A stretch of 64,000 nt of DNA from a virus (lineage: Duplodnaviria > Caudoviricetes), in IMG/VR virus record IMGVR_UViG_3300032893_000041, positions 241 to 64,240 of that record, one strand, 5' to 3'. Positions 9,217-19,104 of this stretch are shown piece by piece. The notes beneath the pieces were generated by a model. That model saw nothing but the letters and a program-made list of their open reading frames with translations, ran no database searches and was not told where the DNA came from. The translations under genes were made by a program, and so were the position numbers. How positions within the stretch are numbered: position 1 is the first letter of the stretch; every line of letters begins with the position of its first letter.

Positions 9217-12200
9217 TGGGTATCAAGGACTTTCTCTTCTCGGTCGCGGAGGAACTGGCGAAGTCGGCCAAGCAGCCAATGCCGCTCAAGGATTGGCAGG
9301 CTTATCTTCGGCCGGGGCGGGTCCTCACCCGGGGTGGCATCCAGTTCCCGCTGCGCAAGGACGAGGTCCAGCACGGGGCGCTAGGGAAGCTGGGTCCGCA
9401 GATGGGGTCGGCCGATGTACTGTCGCCGGACGAAATGGGAACCCTCCTCCACAACGTGCGGAAGTACTCGACCGACATGCCGGAGTTCCAGACCCATCAG
9501 GCCGGGACCACGTCGCGCGGCATGGCATATAATGACCGTATGCACTACAAGGACCAGTACCAATTGCCCGGCCCGAAGCTGGGGCAGTCGGAGGAGCTGA
9601 CGACGTTGCCGAGTTCAGATTTCGTCGCCTCCACCGCGCACTTCGGCGGCAAGCCGGGCCTGCTGTCGTGGTCGCGCACGACGCGGCGGCCGGTGATAAG
9701 TCCCGAGAATGACGTGGTAAACCCAGGCGACGGGGGCGAGACCGCCCAGCACATCGAGGAAATCCAGTCGGACTGGCACCAGCGGGGGCGGGACGAAGGA
9801 TACGCATTGGGGCCGGATGCTGCAGAAGAATATGATCGACTGAGAAATAAACTTAATACTAGCATGAACAGCAATCCCATATATACAGCTTACACGAAGA
9901 CGACGAGATGGGGCGATAAGTCATTTGACTGGTGGATCGATCACGACGGGTCGGGTTTTTCAATTTTAGATAACCCGAAACGTTTTGGTATGACGCCGGA
10001 AGATGTAAGAGACTATACTAGAATGAAGAAATTATATTGGGGCTTGAGGGGCAATAAACCTCCTCCCGCTCCCTACAAGGACACCTACGCCGAGTTGGAA
10101 CTCAAGAAGAACATCGCCAAGGCGATCGACCAGGGCGACTCTTACGTCACCTGGACAACCGGCGACCAGCAGGCGGACCGTTGGGGACAGGCGCTGCGCA
10201 ACACGGTCGACGAATTGCATTGGAAAAAGACGCCGGACGGCAAGTATACGATCATCCCCATGAAAGGCGGCAACGAACTCGGAGCGGACGGGCGCTTCGA
10301 GAACCTGTCGCCGGCCGACCTCGGGGACACCGTCGGCCGCGACATCGCAAAGCGGATAGTGGAGGGGGAGGGGCGCCACCAGCCGCTCAGTGACCAGGAG
10401 AAGGCCCGCCTGGATCAGTATATTCAGGACCGGGATGAAGCTGTCAATCGGTCATCTGAAATTTCGAACCAGATCAGTGATCTGAATCAGGAAAACCGCC
10501 AATTATACGAAACTGAAACAGACGGCGGACGGCAGCGAGTCGATAATCTTACTCGCATGGCGGCCCTGGCGCGAGAGCGTGACCGGCATCAGCACTTGAT
10601 ACGAGAGACTTCTCATAATTGGGACTACAACGATCTGGCCCGCCGTTATGCAGCATTTAACACCATGGGGCCGGACGCAGGCGTCATCACCAGCGACAAC
10701 CTCACCATTGGCGGCCGGGGGATGCGGAAGTTCTATGACCGCGACGTGCCGGCCGCCGCCAAGAAACTGGCCGATCAGTACGGCGGCGAGGTCACCAAGA
10801 TAAAGATACCGGGAGAGAGCGCCGGGTCCGATATTCCACCAAATGTTCATGCCCCCATGGTCACGTTGTTGGCGGAAGGACACCCCAACAGCGGATCTTT
10901 AGATGAAGACGATGTGCACGACAATATTCATCAGATTCTAACATCTGTTGCCGGGGGCGAAGACGAGGGAGCGCCACAATACATAGATGACGCCGCTTAT
11001 CGGGTCATCAAGGCCATCAACGAGCCGCATAGCAACCCCGACATCGAAGATTATGATAATTGGTATTCAGCCCTGAACGGTCTAAAAGGGGCCTTGCAGG
11101 AACATTATCGAATGCAGGCCAAGCCGCAGGAGGTCCACGCGCTGCGCCTAACGCCCAAGATGGTGGAGAACGTGAAGAAGATCGGCCTGCCGCTTTTTAG
11201 TGCTGGCACCGCCGCCGCCATGGGCCTGCCGAAGGACTATTCGCCTGATGGGTCGCCCGCGCAAGGGTTCGCGGAAGGTGGTCTGGTGAAGGGACTATTT
11301 AAAGCAGCTCTCAGACACATAGATACCGGAGAAATTTACACGGGTGCTAATCATTTAGACGCTCTTGCCGATTATGTAAGTAAGAACCACCCGAATTTGT
11401 TAAATGCGTCTGACGCTAGAAACTTAAGCATGGACCTTCCTACCAGCAAGGATGATTTTTTGAATTCCATACTACCTAAGTTGGAAGACGGATTTGTAAA
11501 CAGTAACGGCGATTTTGTAACGCGCCATCAAGCCTTATCCGACATTCGTAATTCACAGCCTATGAACGTGGTGGATGAAGAACTCGGCCTTCATTCTTCG
11601 GATTTAGACAACGAAGGCACTTCAATATATGATCCCCATGTCTTACCTCCTGACATTGAGGGATACATTAAGGAAATATCGCAATTACGTCCGGGAGTAA
11701 CCGACGACGGCAAGTCCGCCCTTGATTATTACTTAGATCACGTACGGCATTACGTGACAAACGTGTATAACGGCGATAAGAAAAAAGTGCGTAACGCAAT
11801 AAATACGCTGACGGAGGCGTGGAATGATCCTCATGCTACAAATGAGCCGTACGGCAATTGGTTAAACGCGAATCAGAAGTTTAGTAATTCCTTGACGGCG
11901 CGCACGCCCTCATCGAATACGAAGTTTGCTTCCGGTGGTCTAATCTCGCGGCCTCAGCCGAAGAAGCCACTGCCGGACACGGAACTGGATGCGCTTACCG
12001 CCAATGCGCAAGACCCGTTTTGGTGGGTGCAGGGTTACCGGGCGCCGGTCGATCCCAACGTATTCTCCTACTGGGAAGACCCGCCGCGCGGCGATACCGC
12101 CGCCGACCCTATATCCGGGACGATCAATGATGTCGGCTCTGCGCTAAATGCGTTCATCGGGTCCGGGATGCAGGACCTTACCCCAGAGTCCGGACCGTTG

Positions 12201-13202
12201 GACATTGCCGCCGCCCTAGGCAATGACCTCGCCACGGTAATGACCGGCGGCGGCAAGCTATCTGAGGCCGTAGCCAAGCCAGCTTTGGAATTGCTTTCCA
12301 AGGTTTCACCGGCATTCAAGCGCATGTCACCACTGGCGATGCTCGGTATCCATTCGAAGGCCAACCAACCAGCCGAACCCGAATCTAACCCTATCTCGGA
12401 TGAACTATGGGACCTACAAGCGGCTAAGAACGCGTATTACGACCCGTATGCGCCGCGCGGATGGAACGTTCCAGAACAGCCGGGTTTGGACATACCGGGC
12501 ATGGCCAGGGGTGGGTCCATCTTCGACCGGCTGTCCGGGCCGCATCGGGCGATGCATGAGGCGCTCTACCGGCTGCCGGGTATCGACGACCTCCCGGAGA
12601 CGCCGCTGCCGGCTGCGTCCGGGGCCACGGGAGTGGCCTCTGGCACCTGGACCCCCACCACTATAGCCGCGACCCAGCCGACGCTTCTCCAGAGCGCTCC
12701 CGTGGGCCAGGACGGGGTGTCTCTGACCGACATCCTCGGGTCGCCGCCGGTCCTGCGCCCAGGCCATCTTCCGGTACCCCCACACCCCGATATAAGTATG
12801 GAGAACGACATGAGAACGTGGAAGACTACCGCCCCACCCGCCATCGAGCCGCTGATTCAGGCCGCCGCGACCCAGCATGGCGTGCCGCTGGCGGGCCTGC
12901 GGGCGCTGCTCGAGCAAGAGAGCGCTTTCGACCCCCACGCGGTGTCGCCGGTCGGCGCCAGGGGGATAGCGCAATTCATGCCGGCCACGGCCAGGGACTT
13001 CGGCATCGACCCCTTCAATCCGACGCAGGCCATTCCGGCCGCCGCCAAGTACCTGCGGGCGCTCTACGACAAGTTCGGGTCATGGGACAAGGCCCTGGCC
13101 GCCTACAACTGGGGCCAGGGAAACGTCGCCCGTCACGGCATCAACGCCTTGCCCAAGGAGACGGCCGATTACGTCGCCAATCTCGGCCCGCAGTTTAGCT
13201 AG
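9216..13202 (+). CDS. Large multi-module (polyvalent-type) internal virion protein with C-terminal lytic transglycosylase (SLT) domain
   Basis: SLT motifs QESAFDPHAVSPVGARGIAQFMPATA and ALAAYNWGQGNV; EEIQSDWHQ motif; internal FAEGG/FASGG/MARGG junctions. Confidence 0.8.
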   Translation: MGIKDFLFSVAEELAKSAKQPMPLKDWQAYLRPGRVLTRGGIQFPLRKDEVQHGALGKLGPQMGSADVLSPDEMGTLLHNVRKYSTDMPEFQTHQAGTTSRGMAYNDRMHYKDQYQLPGPKLGQSEELTTLPSSDFVASTAHFGGKPGLLSWSRTTRRPVISPENDVVNPGDGGETAQHIEEIQSDWHQRGRDEGYALGPDAAEEYDRLRNKLNTSMNSNPIYTAYTKTTRWGDKSFDWWIDHDGSGFSILDNPKRFGMTPEDVRDYTRMKKLYWGLRGNKPPPAPYKDTYAELELKKNIAKAIDQGDSYVTWTTGDQQADRWGQALRNTVDELHWKKTPDGKYTIIPMKGGNELGADGRFENLSPADLGDTVGRDIAKRIVEGEGRHQPLSDQEKARLDQYIQDRDEAVNRSSEISNQISDLNQENRQLYETETDGGRQRVDNLTRMAALARERDRHQHLIRETSHNWDYNDLARRYAAFNTMGPDAGVITSDNLTIGGRGMRKFYDRDVPAAAKKLADQYGGEVTKIKIPGESAGSDIPPNVHAPMVTLLAEGHPNSGSLDEDDVHDNIHQILTSVAGGEDEGAPQYIDDAAYRVIKAINEPHSNPDIEDYDNWYSALNGLKGALQEHYRMQAKPQEVHALRLTPKMVENVKKIGLPLFSAGTAAAMGLPKDYSPDGSPAQGFAEGGLVKGLFKAALRHIDTGEIYTGANHLDALADYVSKNHPNLLNASDARNLSMDLPTSKDDFLNSILPKLEDGFVNSNGDFVTRHQALSDIRNSQPMNVVDEELGLHSSDLDNEGTSIYDPHVLPPDIEGYIKEISQLRPGVTDDGKSALDYYLDHVRHYVTNVYNGDKKKVRNAINTLTEAWNDPHATNEPYGNWLNANQKFSNSLTARTPSSNTKFASGGLISRPQPKKPLPDTELDALTANAQDPFWWVQGYRAPVDPNVFSYWEDPPRGDTAADPISGTINDVGSALNAFIGSGMQDLTPESGPLDIAAALGNDLATVMTGGGKLSEAVAKPALELLSKVSPAFKRMSPLAMLGIHSKANQPAEPESNPISDELWDLQAAKNAYYDPYAPRGWNVPEQPGLDIPGMARGGSIFDRLSGPHRAMHEALYRLPGIDDLPETPLPAASGATGVASGTWTPTTIAATQPTLLQSAPVGQDGVSLTDILGSPPVLRPGHLPVPPHPDISMENDMRTWKTTAPPAIEPLIQAAATQHGVPLAGLRALLEQESAFDPHAVSPVGARGIAQFMPATARDFGIDPFNPTQAIPAAAKYLRALYDKFGSWDKALAAYNWGQGNVARHGINALPKETADYVANLGPQFS

Positions 13203-13452
13203 TTGTCTCTTCGGCCGGTGGTGAATATTCCGTCAGAACGCCGCCCTTGACGATGTATAGTGGCTTTTGCTTGTTCGCCACTTTCTGCGCGTCGATCTTG
13301 CCACGGTTGTAAGCAGAGACCTCCACTTCGTTTAGCGCGATGTTGATGTTCTGGACGAAGTTGGCCTGCTGCACGACCAGGATGGATTGATCGCCGCCCC
13401 TCTTCATCCACTCGTCATGGGCCTTGTAGATTTCCTTAATCTTTGGATGCAT
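13195..13452 (-). CDS. Hypothetical protein
   Basis: 85 aa; last gene of the minus-strand arm, converging on the late arm. Confidence 0.5.
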   Translation of the reverse strand: MHPKIKEIYKAHDEWMKRGGDQSILVVQQANFVQNINIALNEVEVSAYNRGKIDAQKVANKQKPLYIVKGGVLTEYSPPAEETTS

Positions 13453-13633
13453 TTTCCACTCCGAACTGAACGTAAAGGACCAGCGACATGGGGAAGAACA
13501 ATACGACAGGTTCCCCAGGTGACGCCGCCAGATACACGCCTTGTGGCGTTATTTGGGCATCATACCCGTCGTAGGAATTAGACGCCTTTGGTCGTCCAAT
13601 GACGAGGTCCCGACTAATTATTACGCGGTCCAT
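13436..13633 (-). CDS. Hypothetical protein
   Basis: 65 aa; coupled to the DHH gene (TGATG). Confidence 0.45.
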   Translation of the reverse strand: MDRVIISRDLVIGRPKASNSYDGYDAQITPQGVYLAASPGEPVVLFFPMSLVLYVQFGVENASKD

Positions 13634-14475
13634 CAGAGCAGCCCCAGCTCTGCCAGTTTGTTGAATGGGACCTCGAACCCGGCGGCGTTCTTGTGTCCGC
13701 CGCCGCCGTAGCGGAAGGCAATGACCGACACGTCCTCACCGTCCGGACGCGACCGAAGGGAGAAGACGCGGCCGGACGGTGTGTCCCAGTAGCAGGCAGC
13801 GAACGGGTGATCTTTTGCCATCATGTGGCCGGCATCGGAGGTCATGGTGTAAGGCAGGCTGGCTACCGGGACCTCGATGCCGCCGATGGTCATGAAGCGC
13901 TTGCAGACCTTTACCAGTTCCCGAACGTCCTTGTCGTGCTTCTTCATGATCGCGGCGCCCTCGTTGCGCCAGTCGGCCAGGAAGACCTCGTCCTTCGACC
14001 GGCGAACGAAATCGGTCCAGGTTTCAAGATCATATTCTTCTGCGAACAGCCGCGCCGTGATTTCACGCGTCCCGTCGTACTCGAACTTCCAGAGGTCGCG
14101 GTCCTCGACGATGTCGATGAGCGGCGGGCGCGGCATGCTGGGATTATAGAAATCCCAAGCGAGGCCGGCGCCAGACCGCAACATATCGAATGCGATGTTC
14201 AGATTATCGGACCCCTTGATGTTGGCGAGGTCCGCGATGGCGGACTTGTGGTGGTCGATAATGAGGACGCTGGACGCCTTGCGCGCCATCTCTTCCACGA
14301 CCTCCCGCTTGTAGGAGAAGTCCACCATGATGACTTCCCGGTCGGTCACGTCCGGTGGTTCCTTCTGGTAGATGCCGGGGTAGAGTTCGACCTCTCCCTT
14401 GTACGCGTTCCAGACGACCCAGGCGGCGGTAAAGCCGTCCTGGCAGTTGGCGTGGTAGATGCAGAGCGGCTTCAT
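13633..14475 (-). CDS. DHH/DHHA1-family phosphoesterase
   Basis: YHANCQDG, VDFSY, IDHHKS, EDRDLW and GGGGHKNAAGF motifs; GGAGG RBS. Confidence 0.9.
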   Translation of the reverse strand: MKPLCIYHANCQDGFTAAWVVWNAYKGEVELYPGIYQKEPPDVTDREVIMVDFSYKREVVEEMARKASSVLIIDHHKSAIADLANIKGSDNLNIAFDMLRSGAGLAWDFYNPSMPRPPLIDIVEDRDLWKFEYDGTREITARLFAEEYDLETWTDFVRRSKDEVFLADWRNEGAAIMKKHDKDVRELVKVCKRFMTIGGIEVPVASLPYTMTSDAGHMMAKDHPFAACYWDTPSGRVFSLRSRPDGEDVSVIAFRYGGGGHKNAAGFEVPFNKLAELGLL

Positions 14476-14559
14476 GTTACCTCCAAAAGGCTGCGAATAG
14501 GAAGATCACCGTCCCGATCAGGACGACCACGAACACTATAACTTCGGCCGGTGTCAGTC

Positions 14560-15045
14560 TCATATTTCGCCCATCATCACGATGCAGTAGTGATTCTTTA
14601 ACTCTGCCCACCGATCCTGCAAGAATGGACGGCTCTCGTTGAGCCACTCGCCCTCGGGCGTGATGACGCAGTCGGGCAGCGTGGTCATGTACATGGGGTC
14701 GTTGAAGATGTCCTTCAACCGGAAGAGGTCATCCCAGCCGGCCAGCGGCTTGGCGCCGAAGGTATGTTGCAGGTACTCAGCCCATTTCTGCGACGGGCGG
14801 AGGTTCAACCACTTGGCATCCGGGTTGCGGCGCGTCATCGCCTTCCCCTCGCCGTTGCAGAAGCGACAGTTGACGAGGCCGATGCGACCGTCGCCGCCGC
14901 AGACGCCACACTTGATTTCGTACGGCGTAACCTCCCGGTTCATGTCAAACTTCCGGCCGGCATCGAGGAACCGCTGGCGCAGTTCCTCTCTAGAAATGCC
15001 GTTGTGCGGAAGGGATGGCACGATCAGGACTGAAAATTCCTTCAT
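14560..15045 (-). CDS. Hypothetical protein with DnaJ-type zinc-finger repeats
   Basis: CGVCGGDG and CRFCNGEG (CxxCxGxG twice); AGGAG RBS before ATG at 15045. Confidence 0.6.
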   Translation of the reverse strand: MKEFSVLIVPSLPHNGISREELRQRFLDAGRKFDMNREVTPYEIKCGVCGGDGRIGLVNCRFCNGEGKAMTRRNPDAKWLNLRPSQKWAEYLQHTFGAKPLAGWDDLFRLKDIFNDPMYMTTLPDCVITPEGEWLNESRPFLQDRWAELKNHYCIVMMGEI

Positions 15046-15050
15046 TTCTC

Positions 15051-16583
15051 CTACTCCAGGAAGATGAGTTCGTTGCGGGCGCGGGTAATGGTCACATAAA
15101 GCAGGTTCTGCTCTTGCTCCTGCTGCCATTCTTGCCGCGCCCACTTCGACGGCATCAGGGAAGGCTCGAGGACGTAAACCCGGTCGAACTCGAGGCCCTT
15201 CGACTTGTGCGCCGTCATCAACAGCACCATGCGCGCGTCGGCGTCGTCAGTAAACATCGCGTCGAGCCGGTCCTTGAGCGCCTGCACTGTCTGCTCTTCC
15301 TCATTCAAGTGCCCGATCACGGCCTGGATGGCGGCAACCTTGTCGAAGACGCCTTCGGCCTTCTGTTCCTGACCCTTGGCGATGAACTTGGCGCTTTCGC
15401 GCTGCGCCCACGCTTCCAGCTTCGTCTCCAGCGCCAGCAGGTCCTTCGCCCGCATCTTCTCGATCAGCTTGATCAAGCCGCTTCCGATTTCTCGGCCGAG
15501 AACCTTGCAGCCGACGCCCTGGCCGATAAGGTCATATGCCTTGGAGATGAGCGGCGCGGTGTTGCGGCAGATAATCGCCTCGCCGGCCGAAAAGACTGGG
15601 ACCTCGATAGTCGGCTGGCGTGTATTCTCGTCAATGCCACGCTCCAACGAACGCACTACGCCTTCCGGTGCCGTCTCCGCCGCCTCGATGTAAGGGACGA
15701 TGCTCTGCGCCTTGGTAACGACGTTCTTGGCGCAGCGATATGAAATGGTGAGGGGTAGCTCGACGCAGGAAAATGCCTGCTTGATGTTGTCCATCGCCGA
15801 TGCGTCGGCGCCACGGAACCCGTAGATGGCTTGCCGTCGGTCGCCGACCGCGACCAGCCGTCCGGTCGTCGGCTTGAGCATCCGGCGCAGCATGGCGAGC
15901 TGCACGCCGTTGGTGTCCTGCGCCTCGTCCACGAACACCCAGTCGTGCTGGAAGAACTTGGCATTACGGAGGAGCGGCATGTAGAGCATGTCGTCGAAGT
16001 CGATCAGCGACGGGCCGCCCTCGCGGGCATCGGCCGTGCGGATCGAATGCGCCAGAAGCTTCCGGGCGATGGCAATGCCATCCGCCTCGACGGCGTCGGT
16101 GCTGTCCAGCGACACATCGTAATGGTCGATCAGGTGCGCCCATACGTCTGGGCTGTCCGGTGCCAGGAACCCCATGCCGATCTGACGGGCCAGCGATACC
16201 AGCTTACAGGCAAAGGACGAGTAATTGCGAACGTCATCGTCGCCGAAGTGCGCCTGCATGAGGTCGCGCAGCTTGTCCTTATTGACGTTTACGTTCTTCC
16301 GCTTGACAAAGTTCCAGGCGCTCATGCCGACCGAATGGAAGGTCTGCGCGCGGACGGAAGCCGGAACGCGGGTTTTGAGTTCATCCGCGATGCGCTTGTT
16401 GAAGGCCAGGAAGGAGGTCACGGCGCCCGGCGGTAGGAGTTCGAGCGCCCGGACGATGGTCGTGGTCTTGCCAGCGCCTGCCACGGCGGTTACCAGGGCG
16501 GACCCCCGGCCGGTGGAGACGAAGTCGAACACTGCCTGCTGGTAGGGCGACGGGACGAAAGGCTTCTCGTTCGGGAGGTTCAA
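15051..16583 (-). CDS. UvrD/Rep-like superfamily 1 helicase
   Basis: AVAGAGKTT, VDEAQD, VGDRRQAIYGFRGAD, TAHKSKGLEFD, YVTITRAR. Confidence 0.93.
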   Translation of the reverse strand: MNLPNEKPFVPSPYQQAVFDFVSTGRGSALVTAVAGAGKTTTIVRALELLPPGAVTSFLAFNKRIADELKTRVPASVRAQTFHSVGMSAWNFVKRKNVNVNKDKLRDLMQAHFGDDDVRNYSSFACKLVSLARQIGMGFLAPDSPDVWAHLIDHYDVSLDSTDAVEADGIAIARKLLAHSIRTADAREGGPSLIDFDDMLYMPLLRNAKFFQHDWVFVDEAQDTNGVQLAMLRRMLKPTTGRLVAVGDRRQAIYGFRGADASAMDNIKQAFSCVELPLTISYRCAKNVVTKAQSIVPYIEAAETAPEGVVRSLERGIDENTRQPTIEVPVFSAGEAIICRNTAPLISKAYDLIGQGVGCKVLGREIGSGLIKLIEKMRAKDLLALETKLEAWAQRESAKFIAKGQEQKAEGVFDKVAAIQAVIGHLNEEEQTVQALKDRLDAMFTDDADARMVLLMTAHKSKGLEFDRVYVLEPSLMPSKWARQEWQQEQEQNLLYVTITRARNELIFLE

Positions 16584-16615
16584 GGTCTGGCTCCTATAAG
16601 GGTGTCGGTCCCTTA

Positions 16616-16644
16616 AAAATAGTGTGCCTGAGGCCCTCTGTCAA
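16616..16644 (-). promoter_or_regulatory. Sigma70-like promoter for the UvrD-like gene
   Basis: Minus strand TTGACA-17 nt-TATTTT upstream of a TATAGGAG leader. Confidence 0.55.
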
Positions 16645-16913
16645 GATATCTTCTTTCCGTAGGCTACGTCTTCCAGTATTCGCATGGGGGGAGGCTCCTT
16701 ACCACAGCCACGGCAAAGCATGGGGGTAGTTCGACAGCATGGTAAGGCGTCGCCGCCGGTACAGGCGCATTCTACCAGGGATACCACTCTGACTGGCGAT
16801 GGTGAACGCCACGGCATCCACTGCTTTAATCCTTCCTCCGTCCAACAGAAAACGACTTTCCCGGACCCGTAGCACACGCAATCAGTCGTCGGAGTCATCT
16901 CCGAAGTGGTCAT
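16641..16913 (-). CDS. Cys-rich hypothetical protein
   Basis: 90 aa with several CxxC/CxC pairs. Confidence 0.35.
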   Translation of the reverse strand: MTTSEMTPTTDCVCYGSGKVVFCWTEEGLKQWMPWRSPSPVRVVSLVECACTGGDALPCCRTTPMLCRGCGKEPPPMRILEDVAYGKKIS

Positions 16914-16980
16914 AAGGATGCTCTGCGTAGTACGTCGCCCACAAAAGCGCCGCCAACAAGCCGATGATGAGCCGCAGCAT

Positions 16981-18396
16981 TCATTTGTTCCTCAGTTCCG
17001 TTATAAGGTCCAGCTTCTTTTGCAGCGCGTACGCGGTCTTCCTCTCGACCGAAGAGGCGACGATGTCGATATAGGTAACGCAATCGGCGTCCTGGCCGTG
17101 CCGGTGATTGCGGTCTTCGGATTGCAAGCGGTTGCCTAGCGAGAAGCCGTTCTCAAAGAAGACCGTGGTCGAACAACGGTCGCGACCCTGGCCGCCTAAC
17201 AACGTGTGGCCCATGCCGCCGACGGAGTCTTGAGCGATCATGACGCGGCGTTCAGTCTGCTGGTTGAAGCGATTCTTTTCGTCCTCAAGCGTCGCTTGGT
17301 CTAATCCTCCGCGCATGACGCTGGGGTGGAAGTCTCCAAGGACCTCCTTTAAAATATCGACGGCCTGACGGTGCCGGCAGAATACAAGCATCTTACCGCC
17401 GCATTCTTCCATCACGGCGCGGACTTCTAGTGCCTTCGGGTTGCGCTTCGGCTCGACGAGGTCGTGCGTTCGGCCTTCCTCATCGATGATGAAGCCGGAA
17501 CTGATCTGCTGCAACTTTTCGAGCTGCGTGATGACCATCGGCGCCGTGACCGCCTCGTCGCCCAGCATGACCATCAAGTCTTCCTGCATTTCCTTGTACA
17601 GGGCCGCCTGCTTCTTCTCCATCTTGACTTCGCGCGGCGGCGGGAACACCTTGGGCGGGAGGTCGGTCCATTCGGACTTGGTGGCCGAAAAGGAGCAGGA
17701 CTCGAGCAGTTGTTGCAACTCCGCCTTATTCTCTTGCCGCAGGCCGATTACTTGCTTGCCCAGGTACCCGCCCATCACGGCGTAGCGGTTGCGAAACTGA
17801 TAAGGATTGCCCAGCGGCTGCCGGATGAAGCGAAGCTGCGACCACCAGTCCATGACGTTGTTTACCATCGGCGTTCCGGACAGTGCGCGGGTCGTGTGCG
17901 CGAACGGTGCCAGCGATATCATCTTCTTGGTGGTGGACGCCTGGAAGTTTTTGATGCGGGAGGTTTCGTCGGCCACGAGCATGAAGCGCCCGTCCCATGT
18001 CTTAGCAAAGTCGCGCACCCAGTCGCCGCCGGAATAAAGCAGCGCCTCGTAATTCATAATGTAGATGCGCGGCATGTCGCGTATCTTGCCGGGCGGCGGC
18101 CACGCCTCGGGCCACACCCACAGATCGACGTTTTGCACGCCCCACGCCTCGACTTCCGTGGCCCAGTTCCACTTGAGCGAGTTCGGGCAGATGACCAGCA
18201 GGTGTTGCACCGCGTCCTGGCGAACCAGCTCCACGTATTCGTTAAGCGCCACCGCCGTCTTGCCCGTTCCCATGTCCATCCAATATCCGAATCCTTTATG
18301 TCCGAATGATCTCTTTAATGCCTCCACTTGAACTGCATAAGGTTTTCCGCGCAAGTGCCACATAACGCCGGTACCGTTCTTTCCAATGCTTTCCAC
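16981..18396 (-). CDS. SNF2-like superfamily 2 helicase (alternative start 18363)
   Basis: MDMGTGKT, VADETSRIKN, LSGTP, QSEDRNHRHGQ. Confidence 0.9.
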   Translation of the reverse strand: MESIGKNGTGVMWHLRGKPYAVQVEALKRSFGHKGFGYWMDMGTGKTAVALNEYVELVRQDAVQHLLVICPNSLKWNWATEVEAWGVQNVDLWVWPEAWPPPGKIRDMPRIYIMNYEALLYSGGDWVRDFAKTWDGRFMLVADETSRIKNFQASTTKKMISLAPFAHTTRALSGTPMVNNVMDWWSQLRFIRQPLGNPYQFRNRYAVMGGYLGKQVIGLRQENKAELQQLLESCSFSATKSEWTDLPPKVFPPPREVKMEKKQAALYKEMQEDLMVMLGDEAVTAPMVITQLEKLQQISSGFIIDEEGRTHDLVEPKRNPKALEVRAVMEECGGKMLVFCRHRQAVDILKEVLGDFHPSVMRGGLDQATLEDEKNRFNQQTERRVMIAQDSVGGMGHTLLGGQGRDRCSTTVFFENGFSLGNRLQSEDRNHRHGQDADCVTYIDIVASSVERKTAYALQKKLDLITELRNK

Positions 18397-18724
18397 CGTT
18401 AAGTTCTCCCTTGGCGAAGGATTTTATCATGTTGCAGTTAGCGCACAACAACTGGTATTCTTTTTGCCGTGGCAGCCGTCTTAATTTTGCGTATATGCGC
18501 CCGCCTGTTTCCTTACGTTCTTTTTCTCCTCCCCCGTTAACATGGTCTATGCACAGTGCGCGTGCGTCTGTAAACCCGCAATGACGACATTTGCCGCCGT
18601 ACTTTTCAAATACTTCTAATTTAACGCGAAGTCGCCACTCGGCATCTTTCTCCCGGCCTCTATTTTTACGGTACGTCTTCATATACGCCCGCTGTTGTTC
18701 AAGAGTACCATGGTAGGGCATCAT
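18296..18724 (-). CDS. HNH-type (zinc-binding) endonuclease 1
   Basis: CRHC...LCIDHVNGGG...YQLLCANCN; AT-richer than flanks; overlaps the helicase 5' end. Confidence 0.8.
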   Translation of the reverse strand: MMPYHGTLEQQRAYMKTYRKNRGREKDAEWRLRVKLEVFEKYGGKCRHCGFTDARALCIDHVNGGGEKERKETGGRIYAKLRRLPRQKEYQLLCANCNMIKSFAKGELNGGKHWKERYRRYVALARKTLCSSSGGIKEIIRT

Positions 18725-19104
18725 TCGCTTGCCTTCAATCTTTTCCAAACAATCATGGCGAAGTTGGCTACGTCGGCGCATTCCTCCATGGCTTCTTCCG
18801 GCGTCTGATATTGGACCGCCACGGCCAGCTCCTCAACCTCGATGCGCAGCAATTGCAACAGGGCCGGAATGGGAAGCTTCGGCTTGATCAGCTTGTCCTT
18901 ATTGGCAACAAGCTTTGCTTCCATGGCGTCTAGGAAGGTGTTAAGTTCGGGTCGGCGAGATAGGCCACCGAGTTCCCGCGCGTTGCGTATCTCGCCTTTG
19001 AATGCGCCAGGAGGAGCGGGATTTGGACAGTTCACTCGACCGCAATAATATTGCATATCGTCTCCACACTGAAAACACCCCCGGTCGTGACTCATTTTGC
19101 CCAC
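18721..19104 (-). CDS. MazG-like all-alpha NTP pyrophosphohydrolase (MazZ/DUF550-like)
   Basis: EVEE...EECADVANF (ExxE...ExxD) motif; directly downstream of the purZ-like gene. Confidence 0.7.
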   Translation of the reverse strand: MGKMSHDRGCFQCGDDMQYYCGRVNCPNPAPPGAFKGEIRNARELGGLSRRPELNTFLDAMEAKLVANKDKLIKPKLPIPALLQLLRIEVEELAVAVQYQTPEEAMEECADVANFAMIVWKRLKASE

